Source: Eledone cirrhosa (Eukaryota). From it: a DNA stretch of 64,000 bases. The notes beneath the pieces were generated by a model. That model saw nothing but the letters and a program-made list of their open reading frames with translations. It was not told the origin of the DNA and made no database searches. The DNA lies in assembly GCA_964016885.1 (NCBI GenBank), contig OZ024740.1, positions 13,082,001 through 13,146,000 on the forward strand, read 5' to 3'. Below are positions 1 to 11,600 of this stretch, in pieces. The stretch's first letter is position 1. Each line of letters starts with the position of its first letter. The translations under genes were made by a program, and so were the position numbers.

Positions 1-3000
1 TTGAATGAAAAGAATACAATGAGGAAGAGAAAGATAGGGGTTAAAATGAGGTCAAATCAAGAAGATAGTGAAGGAGTCCCAAAAAATGCTGTTAAAAGCG
101 AAGGGAAAGAAATTTGTGGGATGAGAGTGTTAGTGAGAAATACTAATCTTATTTAAATTCCAAGGAACCTAGATACATAAAAGGAAATTAAATTAATTGA
201 TAGGTATACTTACAGAGTTAAAATTATATTAATTCTTATGAATGAGATAAATAAAGAAGTAAAAAAATAAAAAATAAAAAATATATATAGAAAAACTGAA
301 ATAGAAATTTTTTTATAAAAAGCAGTGTATCTATCTAAACATCCATAATAAGATAATTATATTTAACAATCCTAGGTATTAAATGTGATAAATAGGGAAT
401 GTGGTTAAAAGAAGTAGTGAGGTTAAAAATAACTTTAGGTAAAGTGAGCTGTAAGAGGGAAATAAAATTATGAAATTCTCTGTAGTAAATTTCTAATTAT
501 AGGTTAACTAAATTAAAAATTAATCATAATGATTTGTAAAATATAAGAGTGAGATATATACTAATTAAGTTTATAATATTTGAAAGTTTTTCTAATTCTA
601 TGTTTGCATGATATTATTAACTCCTGTCGCTTATTTAATAAGATATCATTAGATTTCATGATTTCAAATAGTTCTTGGGAGCATAACCTACACTCATATC
701 TGCTATTTTGATAAGGGGTGGCCCTTTTGAGCACGCTCCAGGTCAGGTTGTAATCAATATCGCTCTTTCTATAATTATTAATTGCTTCAGCCAAGGAGGT
801 TGTATTAGCTAATGCGGCATTTTAAAAACTATCTTTGTGGGTATTAAATCTTACTTTAAATTGGTTAGACGTAGCTCCTATATAGGATTGAGTGGAGTCC
901 TTAGTACTAATTACACATTTATAGACTATTGTATTAATAGGACAATTTCCCTTTAATGGGCAATTTCTTTTGATTCTACAGTTACAACCATTCGTAAATA
1001 TTGTATCAGGAGAGTTAATTGTGTTATCTATAGTGGTATTAGTGTTACTATTTTCATTAGTGTATGGTTTAGAATGGGTTGCAATTAGATTAGTATGGTT
1101 AGACAGGTTGTTGGTTGGTGATAGTTTAGGGGATGTGGAGCTAGTAGAGCTCTGTTTGTTTTGGAGATTATTAGTCAAAATTGGTGTGGAAGAAGGTGGT
1201 TTGTTTTGGTTTATTTTAGTATTATTATGGTTGGTTTGATGTGTTGGTGGTATATTAATGTTTTTTTTTTACACTTATATATGTTGTAAGCACTTATATT
1301 CTGTTGTATATTCTTGGTAGTGGAATAGGAAAATTTGACAGTAGATTTATTTAAAATTTGATGGTATTTATGGTTTAGTGGGAAGTTTTTCTCTAGGATA
1401 GCAAAGAATTTTTTAGGGATATGGTCTTTAATCTGTAGATTAAATGGAGCATTATACCAAGTAACTCGTCTATTACGGTTTCGACATTGTTTCTTATATT
1501 TATATGATGTATCGGGAGGTTTACTCAGAGAGTTACTATTAATGATTCTATTATATATAGGTTTAGTTAGATTAATTGATTTAGATATTTTGGTCTGATT
1601 ACTAGGAAATTTGTTAGTGATGTTGTTGACATATGTTAGAGTATTAGGGTGAATGGTTTTTTGAAAGTCATTATCTTTTATGTGAGAAGAGGTAGTGAAA
1701 TTAAGTTTGGGGTTGGTGTTTTTAGGTGTAGTATGAGTGGCATTTAGGTGTGGGTTTTTCATTTGGTGTTTGTTGGTAATATTAGGTTGTATGTTTGAAA
1801 TATTATTGGTGCAAGGTATATAGACTAATTTGTTCTTGTGGCCGCTTCTAGCTAAAGCTTCATTATAAATCAAATCATGATGTATCGAATACATCATGAT
1901 TTGATGAAAGGTTAGAGATTCTGAGTGAGATATTATATGCTAGGTTGTTAAGGATAGATCTAGGGTGATTGGATTGTGAGTGTATGTAATGTAAGTTTTG
2001 GTTAGGTTTATGGTAAGGTTGGTAGATACCCGTAAATAGGTCCATAGTTATATCTAGGAAATTGACTATTTTACTGGTGTTTTCAAATGTAATAGTGAGA
2101 GTATAATAGTCTTTGAGGAAAGTTCTAATAAGTTTTTTATTTCTTTCAATTTCTGATAGGCTAAGATTAGTGGATAGAAGAAGACAGTCATCACGATATA
2201 AACCACCTATAAGGTGGGGAAAAGATGAATTAATGTTAAATAGAAGAAAAAGGCCCACAAGATCGGTAATTTGGGCAGAATCACTAGAGCCCATAGTTAT
2301 GTCGAAGAGATTACTATATGTATTTCTAGTCCAATACTCCTTGTGAAATTCAAGTAGTGTTTGTCTAGTGTGCGTGATAATATTGATGTTATCCATAGTT
2401 AAGTCTGATCTATTTTTGGCAAATATCAAGGCCTTGTTTAGGAGTATGGGTGATGTAGAGGAATAATATATCGAATTGTAGAAATGAAGCAGAGGATTTA
2501 TTTTCAATATTAGTAAACCAAGTAATTACTTGGGATGTGTTTTCCCAGCGTGGTAAGTTAACGTGTTTTCTTAATTGTGGGATAATTCTATCCAGAATTT
2601 TTTGCTAATGATGCCAATGTCAGATTTGGAAGGGCATATAAGTCTTATAGAAGGATTAGAGTTGAAATTAGATTTGTGATCCTTCAGGTTAAAGTGTAGT
2701 TTTTTCAGTGCCAAGGGTTCAGTTCTGTCTTCAATATTGAGTTTATTTACTATGTTGTATGTTTTGTTATTGATATTAGTAAGAGCCGCATTATTAGTTT
2801 TTTAATAATTTTTCCTGAGTTCTTTATGAATGAACTCATTATAATTATCAATACCCATGTGGTATAGATTTCCAGTTTTGTCAGAGTGGACATGGATTTT
2901 CCTAGATTTTTTTAGTTCCAATAGGGTAGAATCGAGATCTTTTTGAGAATTGGATTTATATTCCTTAAATCTGAGGTGTTTGATCAAGTCAAATAGGTCT

Positions 3001-3258
3001 TTCTCAAAGTTTTCAAGCAAGGAGTTATGTGGTGGGTTTTTATATGTGGTGAAATCATACAAGTATTTATTATCATTACGTTTCGTTTTTCTATCAAAGT
3101 GATAGGCCCTCCATCTGACACTTTTCATGAATTGGTTGGTGTTTTGTATCATAAGAAGTAAAAATTCATCCTTAGAAGGTATCAGTATATTCTTTAAAGA
3201 TGGACAGGAAAGAGAGCTCAACTATATATACAAGAAGTCGTAAAATTATATGTCTAAA
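1..3258 (-). mobile_element. Penelope-like retroelement (RT plus C-terminal GIY-YIG endonuclease), decayed; 3' UTR runs off the left edge
   Basis: Minus-strand ORF pieces in colinear order: N-terminus (2802-3221); RT (1875-2507) with MGSSDSAQITDL, GLYRDD, FLDITMDL and YHKP..YIHSQSNHP; WYNAPF linker; CNCRIKRNCPLKGNC..IVY..YIGAT (822-1178); C-terminal CRLC..LLNKRQE (561-794). Confidence 0.92.
561..3221 (-). pseudogene. Frameshifted PLE ORF (reverse transcriptase plus GIY-YIG)
   Basis: Five ORF-track fragments join into one PLE polyprotein broken by frameshifts and stops. Confidence 0.88.
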
Positions 3259-4242
3259 AGCTATGTCTAACCAATTTAAAGTAAGATTTAATACCCACAA
3301 AGATAGTTTTTAAAATGCCGCATTAGCTAATACAACCTCCTTGGCTGAAGCAATTAATAATTATAGAAAGAGCGATATTGATTACAACCTGACCTGCAGC
3401 GTGCTCAAAAGGGCCACCCCTTATCAAAATAGCAGATATGAGTGTAGGTATGCTCCCAAGAACTATTTGAAATCATGAAATCTAATGATATCCTATTAAA
3501 TAAGCGACAGGAGTTAATTATATCATGCAAACATAGAATTAGAAAAACTTTCAAATATTATAAACTTAATTAGTATATATCTCACTCTTATATTTTACAA
3601 ATCATTATGATTAATTTTTAATTTAGTTAACCTATAATTAGAAATTTACTACAGAGAATTTCATAATTTTATTTCCCTCTTACAGCTCACTTTACCTAAA
3701 GTTATTTTTAACCTCACTACTTCTTTTAACCGCATCCCCTATTTATCACATTTAATACCTAGGATTAGTTATGGATGTTTAGATAGATACACTGCTTTTT
3801 ATAAAATTTTATCTATTTCAGTTTTTCTGTTTTATTTTTTTATTTTTTTACTTCTTTATTTATCATATTCATAAGAATTAATATAATTTTAACTCTGTAA
3901 GTATACCTATCAATTAATTTAATTTCCTTTTATGTATCTAGGTTCCTTGGAATTTAAATAAGATTAGTATTTCTCACTAACACTCTCATCCCACAAATTT
4001 CTTTCCCTTCGCTTTTAACAGTATTTTTTAATAACATCAAATTTTCTGGGACTCCTTCACTATCTCCTTGATTTGACCTCATTTTAACCCCTATCTTTCT
4101 CTTCCCCATTGTATTCTTTTCATTCAAAGCATAAATTTACATTCCTCCACTCCTAGCATCAATTTCTACTACTGTAATTCTATCAACTTGACCTCTAACT
4201 CTTTCCTATTGGTCAACTCAAAACCTGTTCCCAAACATGCGT
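3259..4242 (+). repeat. Inverted pLTR: reverse-complement copy of the 3' end of the adjacent PLE
   Basis: 3259-4127 is the near-exact reverse complement of 1-876 (agctatgtctaaccaatttaaa... to ...cattcaa). It ends at a (TA)n tract near 4243. Confidence 0.93.
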
Positions 4243-4277
4243 ATATATATATATATAAAACATGAGAAGAAAGAGGA

Positions 4278-4335
4278 ATACTGCGTGGTTTCACATGGGT
4301 TACTTATTATAAAATTAGTCCCTCATCAGTGATTT
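4278..4335 (-). ncRNA. Degenerate hammerhead-like motif
   Basis: Minus strand reads CTGATGA-ggg..ccc stem-GAAAC, but stem I and stem III pair poorly. Confidence 0.35.
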
Positions 4336-4749
4336 GCCAACCATCATTGGTATTTCATCGCATTAAAAATCATATACCTGGTGCGAACAATAACTAAAAA
4401 AAGCTATTGGGACAAGTGAGTCGCGTAAAGCGAGTGAGACAAGTAAACAACATAGAAGGATAAAAGCAAACCGAAGATAGGAAAAATACAAGCAACATGG
4501 TTATCGGGTCAGCATAAGCTGGGTGAATTTCATGAGCGTTCAGAATACAGACCGTCCGACGTGAGTGAGATGTGACCAAGAAAGGACCCCACTACTAACG
4601 AAATGGGAGGAAGTGAGAAGGGGAGAAACAGAGAGTGAGTGAGTGGAAGTGCGAGGAAGAGGTCAGTCGAGAGAAAGTGTAACTGACAGAGGGGGCGAAA
4701 GAAGGTGAGAGAAACAGAGAGAACCGGGGAGCAGTAAGAGAGAAAGAGA

Positions 4750-4792
<43 letters not shown>

Positions 4793-4883
4793 TAAGTTAT
4801 TGCAGGTTGAATCGGAGGTAACCACAGTAAGTAAGGTACTCAATACATAGCAGAGTATAAAAGTTTTAATATAGATGAGATTC

Positions 4884-4926
<43 letters not shown>

Positions 4927-4985
4927 ATAATAATAAATTTGAAGACTAAAATCCAAAGAGGGCTCGATAAGGATAAATATACACG

Positions 4986-5020
<35 letters not shown>

Positions 5021-5222
5021 TAATATATATATTTTTATGTGTATTTGGTGTATACATTCGTATGCGTGCGGGGTTTTTTTTTTTTTTCTTCGTGTACGTG
5101 CGTGTATTTGTATACCTATGGCGAGCGTTTTCGCGTATGCTTGTGTATGTACGTATATGGATGCGTGTATGTATTTATTTAATTTCAATTACCTCTGTAT
5201 TTTATTTACTTTATTCTTACCT

Positions 5223-5336
5223 CTGAAGCCGATACTGGATGCACTGCGGAAGAACTGGCAAACGCTATGAGAGACAGAGATGGATGGAGGAAACTTGTCG
5301 TAGAAAGCCGAACAAGCTCGACCTGATGATGATGAG
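5223..5336 (+). mobile_element. RTE-clade LINE 3' terminal fragment with (GAT)n tail
   Basis: Translates EADTGCTAEELANAMRDRDGWRKLV...SST* followed by TGATGATGA. Absent from the inverted arm at 6762-6800. Confidence 0.75.
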
Positions 5337-5680
5337 TTAGAATTTTAGTCTACGACTTCAGTTATACCATTTACGTGGTTTTGTCTTTGCGTGAAATTGT
5401 TCTCCCCGCTCCACATATGACGTATTATCTTCGTTTTTTCTGTTCATTGCCAGAGAACGTCTCTATGAACCTCCTAATAGAATATTATTAGTCTACGACT
5501 TCTTTTATACCATAAACGTGGTTTTGTCTTTGCGTGTAATTGTTTTTCACCGCTCCAAATAATGACGTATTATATTCGTTTTTTACCGTTCTTTGCCAGG
5601 GAACGTTTCCACGAACCAAAGTATCGTCTTTCTGTCTTCCTCCGGTTGCAACGTTTTTTGAAATATTCACTTCTGCGTTC

Positions 5681-5756
5681 ACAGATTGACTTTGTTAGTT
5701 TCAGAAGATCCCGTTAAGGGTGAAAGCACCGATTCTTTGCTTAAACTTTAATCTGT
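5681..5756 (+). ncRNA. Type I hammerhead ribozyme variant (core CAGAAGA)
   Basis: acagatt..agttt-CAGAAGA-t-ccc gttaa ggg-t-GAAA-gca..tgc-TT-aaact..aatctgt. All three stems pair, and core U4 is A. Confidence 0.65.
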
Positions 5757-5775
5757 TATTTTAATAAATAAATAA

Positions 5776-6092
<317 letters not shown>

Positions 6093-6275
6093 TGTATATA
6101 TGTGTGTGTTTATTTTTCTTCTTGTATTGTATATGCGTGTGGATGCGTGTGTATATTCTTACCCTTATAACTGTGTATATATGTGTCTATGTACGTATCT
6201 GTATATATGCGTGTGTATATATGTATGTGTATGTGTGTATACAAATGTATATATGTGTATATATATATATGTATG

Positions 6276-6342
<67 letters not shown>

Positions 6343-6349
6343 TAAAATA

Positions 6350-6425
6350 ACAGATTAAAGTTTAAGCAAAGAATCGTTGCTTTCATCCTTAACGGGATCT
6401 TATGAAACTAACAAAGTCAATCTGT
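6350..6425 (-). ncRNA. Degenerate hammerhead (core CATAAGA), inverted copy of 5681-5756
   Basis: Reverse complement of 5681-5756 with further core and stem II changes. Confidence 0.5.
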
Positions 6426-7038
6426 GAACGCAGAAGTGAATATTTCAAAAAACGTTGCAACCGGAGGAAGACAGGAAGACGATACTTTGGTTCGTGGAAA
6501 CGTTCCCTTGCAAAGAACGGTAAAAAACGAATATAATACGTCATTATTTGGAGCGGTGAAAAACAATTACACGCAAAGACAAAACCACGTTTATGGTATA
6601 AAAGAAGTCGTAGACTAATGTTCTCTTAGGTGGTTCATAGAGACGTTCTCAGGCAATGAGCGGAAACAAGGAAGATAATACGTCATATGTGGAGCGGGGA
6701 GAACAATTGCACGCAAAGACAAAGCCACGTAAACGGTATAACTGAAGTCGTAGACTAAAATTCTAACGAGGAAACCGAATGATTCTCCGCTTCAGAGTTA
6801 AGAATAAAGTAAATAAAATACAGAGGTAATTGAAATAAATACATACACGCATCCATATACGTACATACACAAGCATACGCGAAAACACTCGCCATAGGTA
6901 TACAAATACACGCACGTACACACATTAAAAAAAAAACAAAAAAAAACACCACACGCACATACAGAACCCACTCAACGCTTGTACCCGCACTGTCTTCCTC
7001 CGGTTGCAACGTTTTTTTAAATATTCACTTCTGCGTTC

Positions 7039-7114
7039 ACAGATTGACTTTGTTAGTTTCAGAAGATCCCGTTAAGGGTGAAAGCAGCGATTCTTTGCTT
7101 AAACTTTAATCTGT
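7039..7114 (+). ncRNA. Type I hammerhead variant (core CAGAAGA), direct copy of 5681-5756
   Basis: Same fold as 5681-5756 with one stem III loop difference. Confidence 0.65.
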
Positions 7115-7212
7115 TATTTTAATAAACATTTGCTCTACGGTTCTTATATATTTGATATATATTTATCCTTATTGAGCCCTCTTTGGATTTTAGTCTTCAA
7201 ATTTATTATTAT

Positions 7213-7263
<51 letters not shown>

Positions 7264-7269
<6 letters not shown>

Positions 7270-7983
7270 ACGTAAAATAAGAAAATATTTTAAAAAAAAT
7301 TAACTTACTTACTTAAATTTTCACTCCAACTAATTAGTTTCTGCAATGGGATAAAGACAGTTACGTAATGAACTGTTGAGAATTTCATTGCGTCATCAGG
7401 GAGGTCATTCTCAGCCGAGTCTCCAGGCGATGCGCGGACACTGGGGACTCATATAAAAATAATAATAATTCGGTAAATGGAACAGCTATCGAGGACTGGA
7501 TTCCAGCTACCGAAAATTCTCACTGCTACTGATCATATGGTCGATTCTAAAGAATCAATCACGTGACACAGAGGCTAGTCAGTAGGAATGGGATGGTAAG
7601 ATGACAGGCGCCTACTAACACACCCAAAAAATTTTTAGAAGTGGTTTTGGCAGGTTTGCTCGACAAATCAGTGATTTGGAGATAAATATAGATAATTTAA
7701 TATATCTACTAACATAAGCGCACAGATGTACGCTAATACCAGCAAATACACAGGTTATGTCATAGTACCTAGGTGGTTCAATGCAGGAGAATGCAGTTGG
7801 AGTGAAAATTTAAGTAAGTTAATTTTTTAAAAAATTTTTTTTTAAATATTTTCTTATTTTACGTCTTTTATATTATTGTTCTGCATTCTCCTGCATTGAA
7901 CCACCTAGGTACTATGACATAACCTGTGTATTTGCTGGTATTAGCGTACATCTGTGCGCTTATGTTAGTAGATATATTAAATT

Positions 7984-7987
<4 letters not shown>
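7264..7987. mobile_element. Non-coding pLTR-like element with nested inverted repeats
   Basis: About 7264-7331 is inverted at 7796-7869, and 7691-7797 is inverted at 7881-7987. Bounded by (TA)n and (CT)n(TA)n. Contains a hammerhead. Confidence 0.75.
7324..7403 (-). ncRNA. Type I hammerhead ribozyme with long stem II
   Basis: Minus strand ctcc-CTGATGA-c-gcaatg..(acagtt/aactgt)..cattgc-a-GAAA-CTAATTAG-TT-ggag. Stem III is palindromic and the site is GUU. Confidence 0.85.
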
Positions 7988-8032
<45 letters not shown>

Positions 8033-8139
8033 AACAAAAGAGATATTTAATTTGTTGGTAATTCAACAAATATAAATGTTTATAACTGATTCGAAGCACT
8101 CGACAAGTTTTCTGGAGTATACATTTATAAAACCATATT

Positions 8140-8200
8140 TATTCTATTATATATATTTCAAGGGTACCAAAACTTTGGTACGTTCTCATCAGATAAAATA
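8140..8200 (-). ncRNA. Type I hammerhead ribozyme (PLE-type, weak palindromic stem III)
   Basis: Minus strand tattttat-CTGATGA-gaac-gtaccaaa/tttggtac-cctt-GAAA-TATATA-TA-atagaata, with an 8-bp stem I. Confidence 0.8.
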
Positions 8201-8686
8201 CAAAGTTTGTTTTATAAATATTGACATAACCAGGAAGAAGATCTTAACGGTTCAAGTTTTTCCTGGATAGTCAGGAAAAAGTTTCCATTTATTTAATATC
8301 ATTGTATATATATATATAATTTATTATTTTCTTGTTTTTGTCAGCCCGTTCATATTTGTCTTTATTTTATTTTATTTTTGATCTTGTTTTTAATATTTTT
8401 CGTGTCTGCTAATTCTGCCGCTGAACCGTATCGAAGTATTTATGCATGTGTGTGTGGTGTGTTGTGTATATGTTTATGTATGTGTGTGTGTATATGTATC
8501 CATGTGCATGTGTGTGTGCGTGTGTGTACATGTATGCATATATGTATCTACGTGTGTGTGTGCGCCTATATATCTATATATGTATGTGTGTGTGTGTGTG
8601 TGTGTGTGTGCATGCATCTGTAAGTGTGCGTGTGTGTGTGCGTATATGTATGTGTGTGTGTATGTGTATATATATATATATATATA

Positions 8687-11600
8687 TTCCTTTATCGATT
8701 TTAAATCGTATGGTTGATTGTAGACTTGTTCTATATGTGACGGTATTTTAACGATAGTTATAGCTCTGATTCATCTGAATTATTGAGCCCTCTGCCGCTC
8801 ATATCGGATTTCGTTTTTCGTTAACTCGTGCGCCGATTTTTCGATACTCGATCTTTCTAATATATTTAGCTCTGGACATAGCTATCCACCAGTTAATTTT
8901 ATTGCTCATATTTTGTCGATTCTATTGAGTGATGAATAGCTTTTGTTTTATTTTAACATGTCTATTGAGCACTCTAATTCGATATGTGTATTTCCACATT
9001 CACTCGAATTATTTTCGCGGATATAGGGGTCATCTCCCTTGTCTAATGCCATGTGCGTTTTTCACCGCTAGTTGACTCCTTTGCCGCCAGGATAAAACTC
9101 GTTGACAACGTAAACTCCATTCCACTTATTCTAGTAGGCTTTTATATTTATATGTGAGCTGATAGAGTACTGTCTAAGGATTTACAGAAACCCATGAAGC
9201 TAGATTTAACACCTTTCTAGTGGGTCCGGGTATGATTTTACATTCATTTAAATTATTGACGTATTGTTTTATTGATATTTTTTATCTGTTTGGCCCGAAT
9301 CTTCCTTTATCGATTTTAAATCGTATGGTTGATTGTAGACTTGTTCTATATGTGACGGTATTTTAACGATAGTTATAGCTCTGATTCATCTGAATTATTG
9401 AGCCCTCTGCCGCTCATATCGGATTTCGTTTTTCGTTAACTCGTGCGCCGATTTTTCGATACTCGATCTTTCTAATATATTTAGCTCTGGACATAGCTAT
9501 CCACCAGTTAATTTTATTGCTCATATTTTGTCGATTCTATTGAGTGATGAATAGCTTTTGTTTTATTTTAACATGTCTATTGAGCACTCTAATTCGATAT
9601 GTGTATTTCCACATTCACTCGAATTATTTTCGCGGATATAGGGGTCATCTCCCTTGTCTAATGCCATGTGCGTTTTTCACCGCTAGTTGACTCCTTTGCC
9701 GCCAGGATAAAACTCGTTGACAACGTAAACTCCATTCCACTTATTCTAGTAGGCTTTTATATTTATATGTGAGCTGATAGAGTACTGTCTAAGGATTTAC
9801 AGAAACCCATGAAGCTAGATTTAACACCTTTCTAGTGGGTCCGGGTATGATTTTACATTCATTTAAATTATTGACGTATTGTTTTATTGATATTTTTTAT
9901 CTGTTTGGCCCGAATCTTCCTTTATCGATTTTAAATCGTATGGTTGATTGTAGACTTGTTCTATATGTGACGGTATTTTAACGATAGTTATAGCTCTGAT
10001 TCATCTGAATTATTGAGCCCTCTGCCGCTCATATCGGATTTCGTTTTTCGTTAACTCGTGCGCCGATTTTTCGATACTCGATCTTTCTAATATATTTAGC
10101 TCTGGACATAGCTATCCACCAGTTAATTTTATTGCTCATATTTTGTCGATTCTATTGAGTGATGAATAGCTTTTGTTTTATTTTAACATGTCTATTGAGC
10201 ACTCTAATTCGATATGTGTATTTCCACATTCACTCGAATTATTTTCGCGGATATAGGGGTCATCTCCCTTGTCTAATGCCATGTGCGTTTTTCACCGCTA
10301 GTTGACTCCTTTGCCGCCAGGATAAAACTCGTTGACAACGTAAACTCCATTCCACTTATTCTAGTAGGCTTTTATATTTATATGTGAGCTGATAGAGTAC
10401 TGTCTAAGGATTTACAGAAACCCATGAAGCTAGATTTAACACCTTTCTAGTGGGTCCGGGTATGATTTTACATTCATTTAAATTATTGACGTATTGTTTT
10501 ATTGATATTTTTTATCTGTTTGGCCCGAATCTTCCTTTATCGATTTTAAATCGTATGGTTGATTGTAGACTTGTTCTATATGTGACGGTATTTTAACGAT
10601 AGTTATAGCTCTGATTCATCTGAATTATTGAGCCCTCTGCCGCTCATATCGGATTTCGTTTTTCGTTAACTCGTGCGCCGATTTTTCGATACTCGATCTT
10701 TCTAATATATTTAGCTCTGGACATAGCTATCCACCAGTTAATTTTATTGCTCATATTTTGTCGATTCTATTGAGTGATGAATAGCTTTTGTTTTATTTTA
10801 ACATGTCTATTGAGCACTCTAATTCGATATGTGTATTTCCACATTCACTCGAATTATTTTCGCGGATATAGGGGTCATCTCCCTTGTCTAATGCCATGTG
10901 CGTTTTTCACCGCTAGTTGACTCCTTTGCCGCCAGGATAAAACTCGTTGACAACGTAAACTCCATTCCACTTATTCTAGTAGGCTTTTATATTTATATGT
11001 GAGCTGATAGAGTACTGTCTAAGGATTTACAGAAACCCATGAAGCTAGATTTAACACCTTTCTAGTGGGTCCGGGTATGATTTTACATTCATTTAAATTA
11101 TTGACGTATTGTTTTATTGATATTTTTTATCTGTTTGGCCCGAATCTTCCTTTATCGATTTTAAATCGTATGGTTGATTGTAGACTTGTTCTATATGTGA
11201 CGGTATTTTAACGATAGTTATAGCTCTGATTCATCTGAATTATTGAGCCCTCTGCCGCTCATATCGGATTTCGTTTTTCGTTAACTCGTGCGCCGATTTT
11301 TCGATACTCGATCTTTCTAATATATTTAGCTCTGGACATAGCTATCCACCAGTTAATTTTATTGCTCATATTTTGTCGATTCTATTGAGTGATGAATAGC
11401 TTTTGTTTTATTTTAACATGTCTATTGAGCACTCTAATTCGATATGTGTATTTCCACATTCACTCGAATTATTTTCGCGGATATAGGGGTCATCTCCCTT
11501 GTCTAATGCCATGTGCGTTTTTCACCGCTAGTTGACTCCTTTGCCGCCAGGATAAAACTCGTTGACAACGTAAACTCCATTCCACTTATTCTAGTAGGCT

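Noticed and set aside
5322-5336. CTGATGA as a hammerhead core
   Set aside because: It is the stop codon plus (GAT)n tail of the RTE fragment, with no stem II or GAAA following.
7169-7182. 14-bp match ttattgagccctct shared with the 615-bp unit
   Set aside because: Too short and isolated to support a relationship.
9153-9203. Hammerhead-like CTGATAGA...GAAAC in each 615-bp unit (retrozyme hypothesis)
   Set aside because: The core lacks the CUGANGA register, stems I and III do not form, and the segment is explained as the antisense of the RT KxxDS motif.
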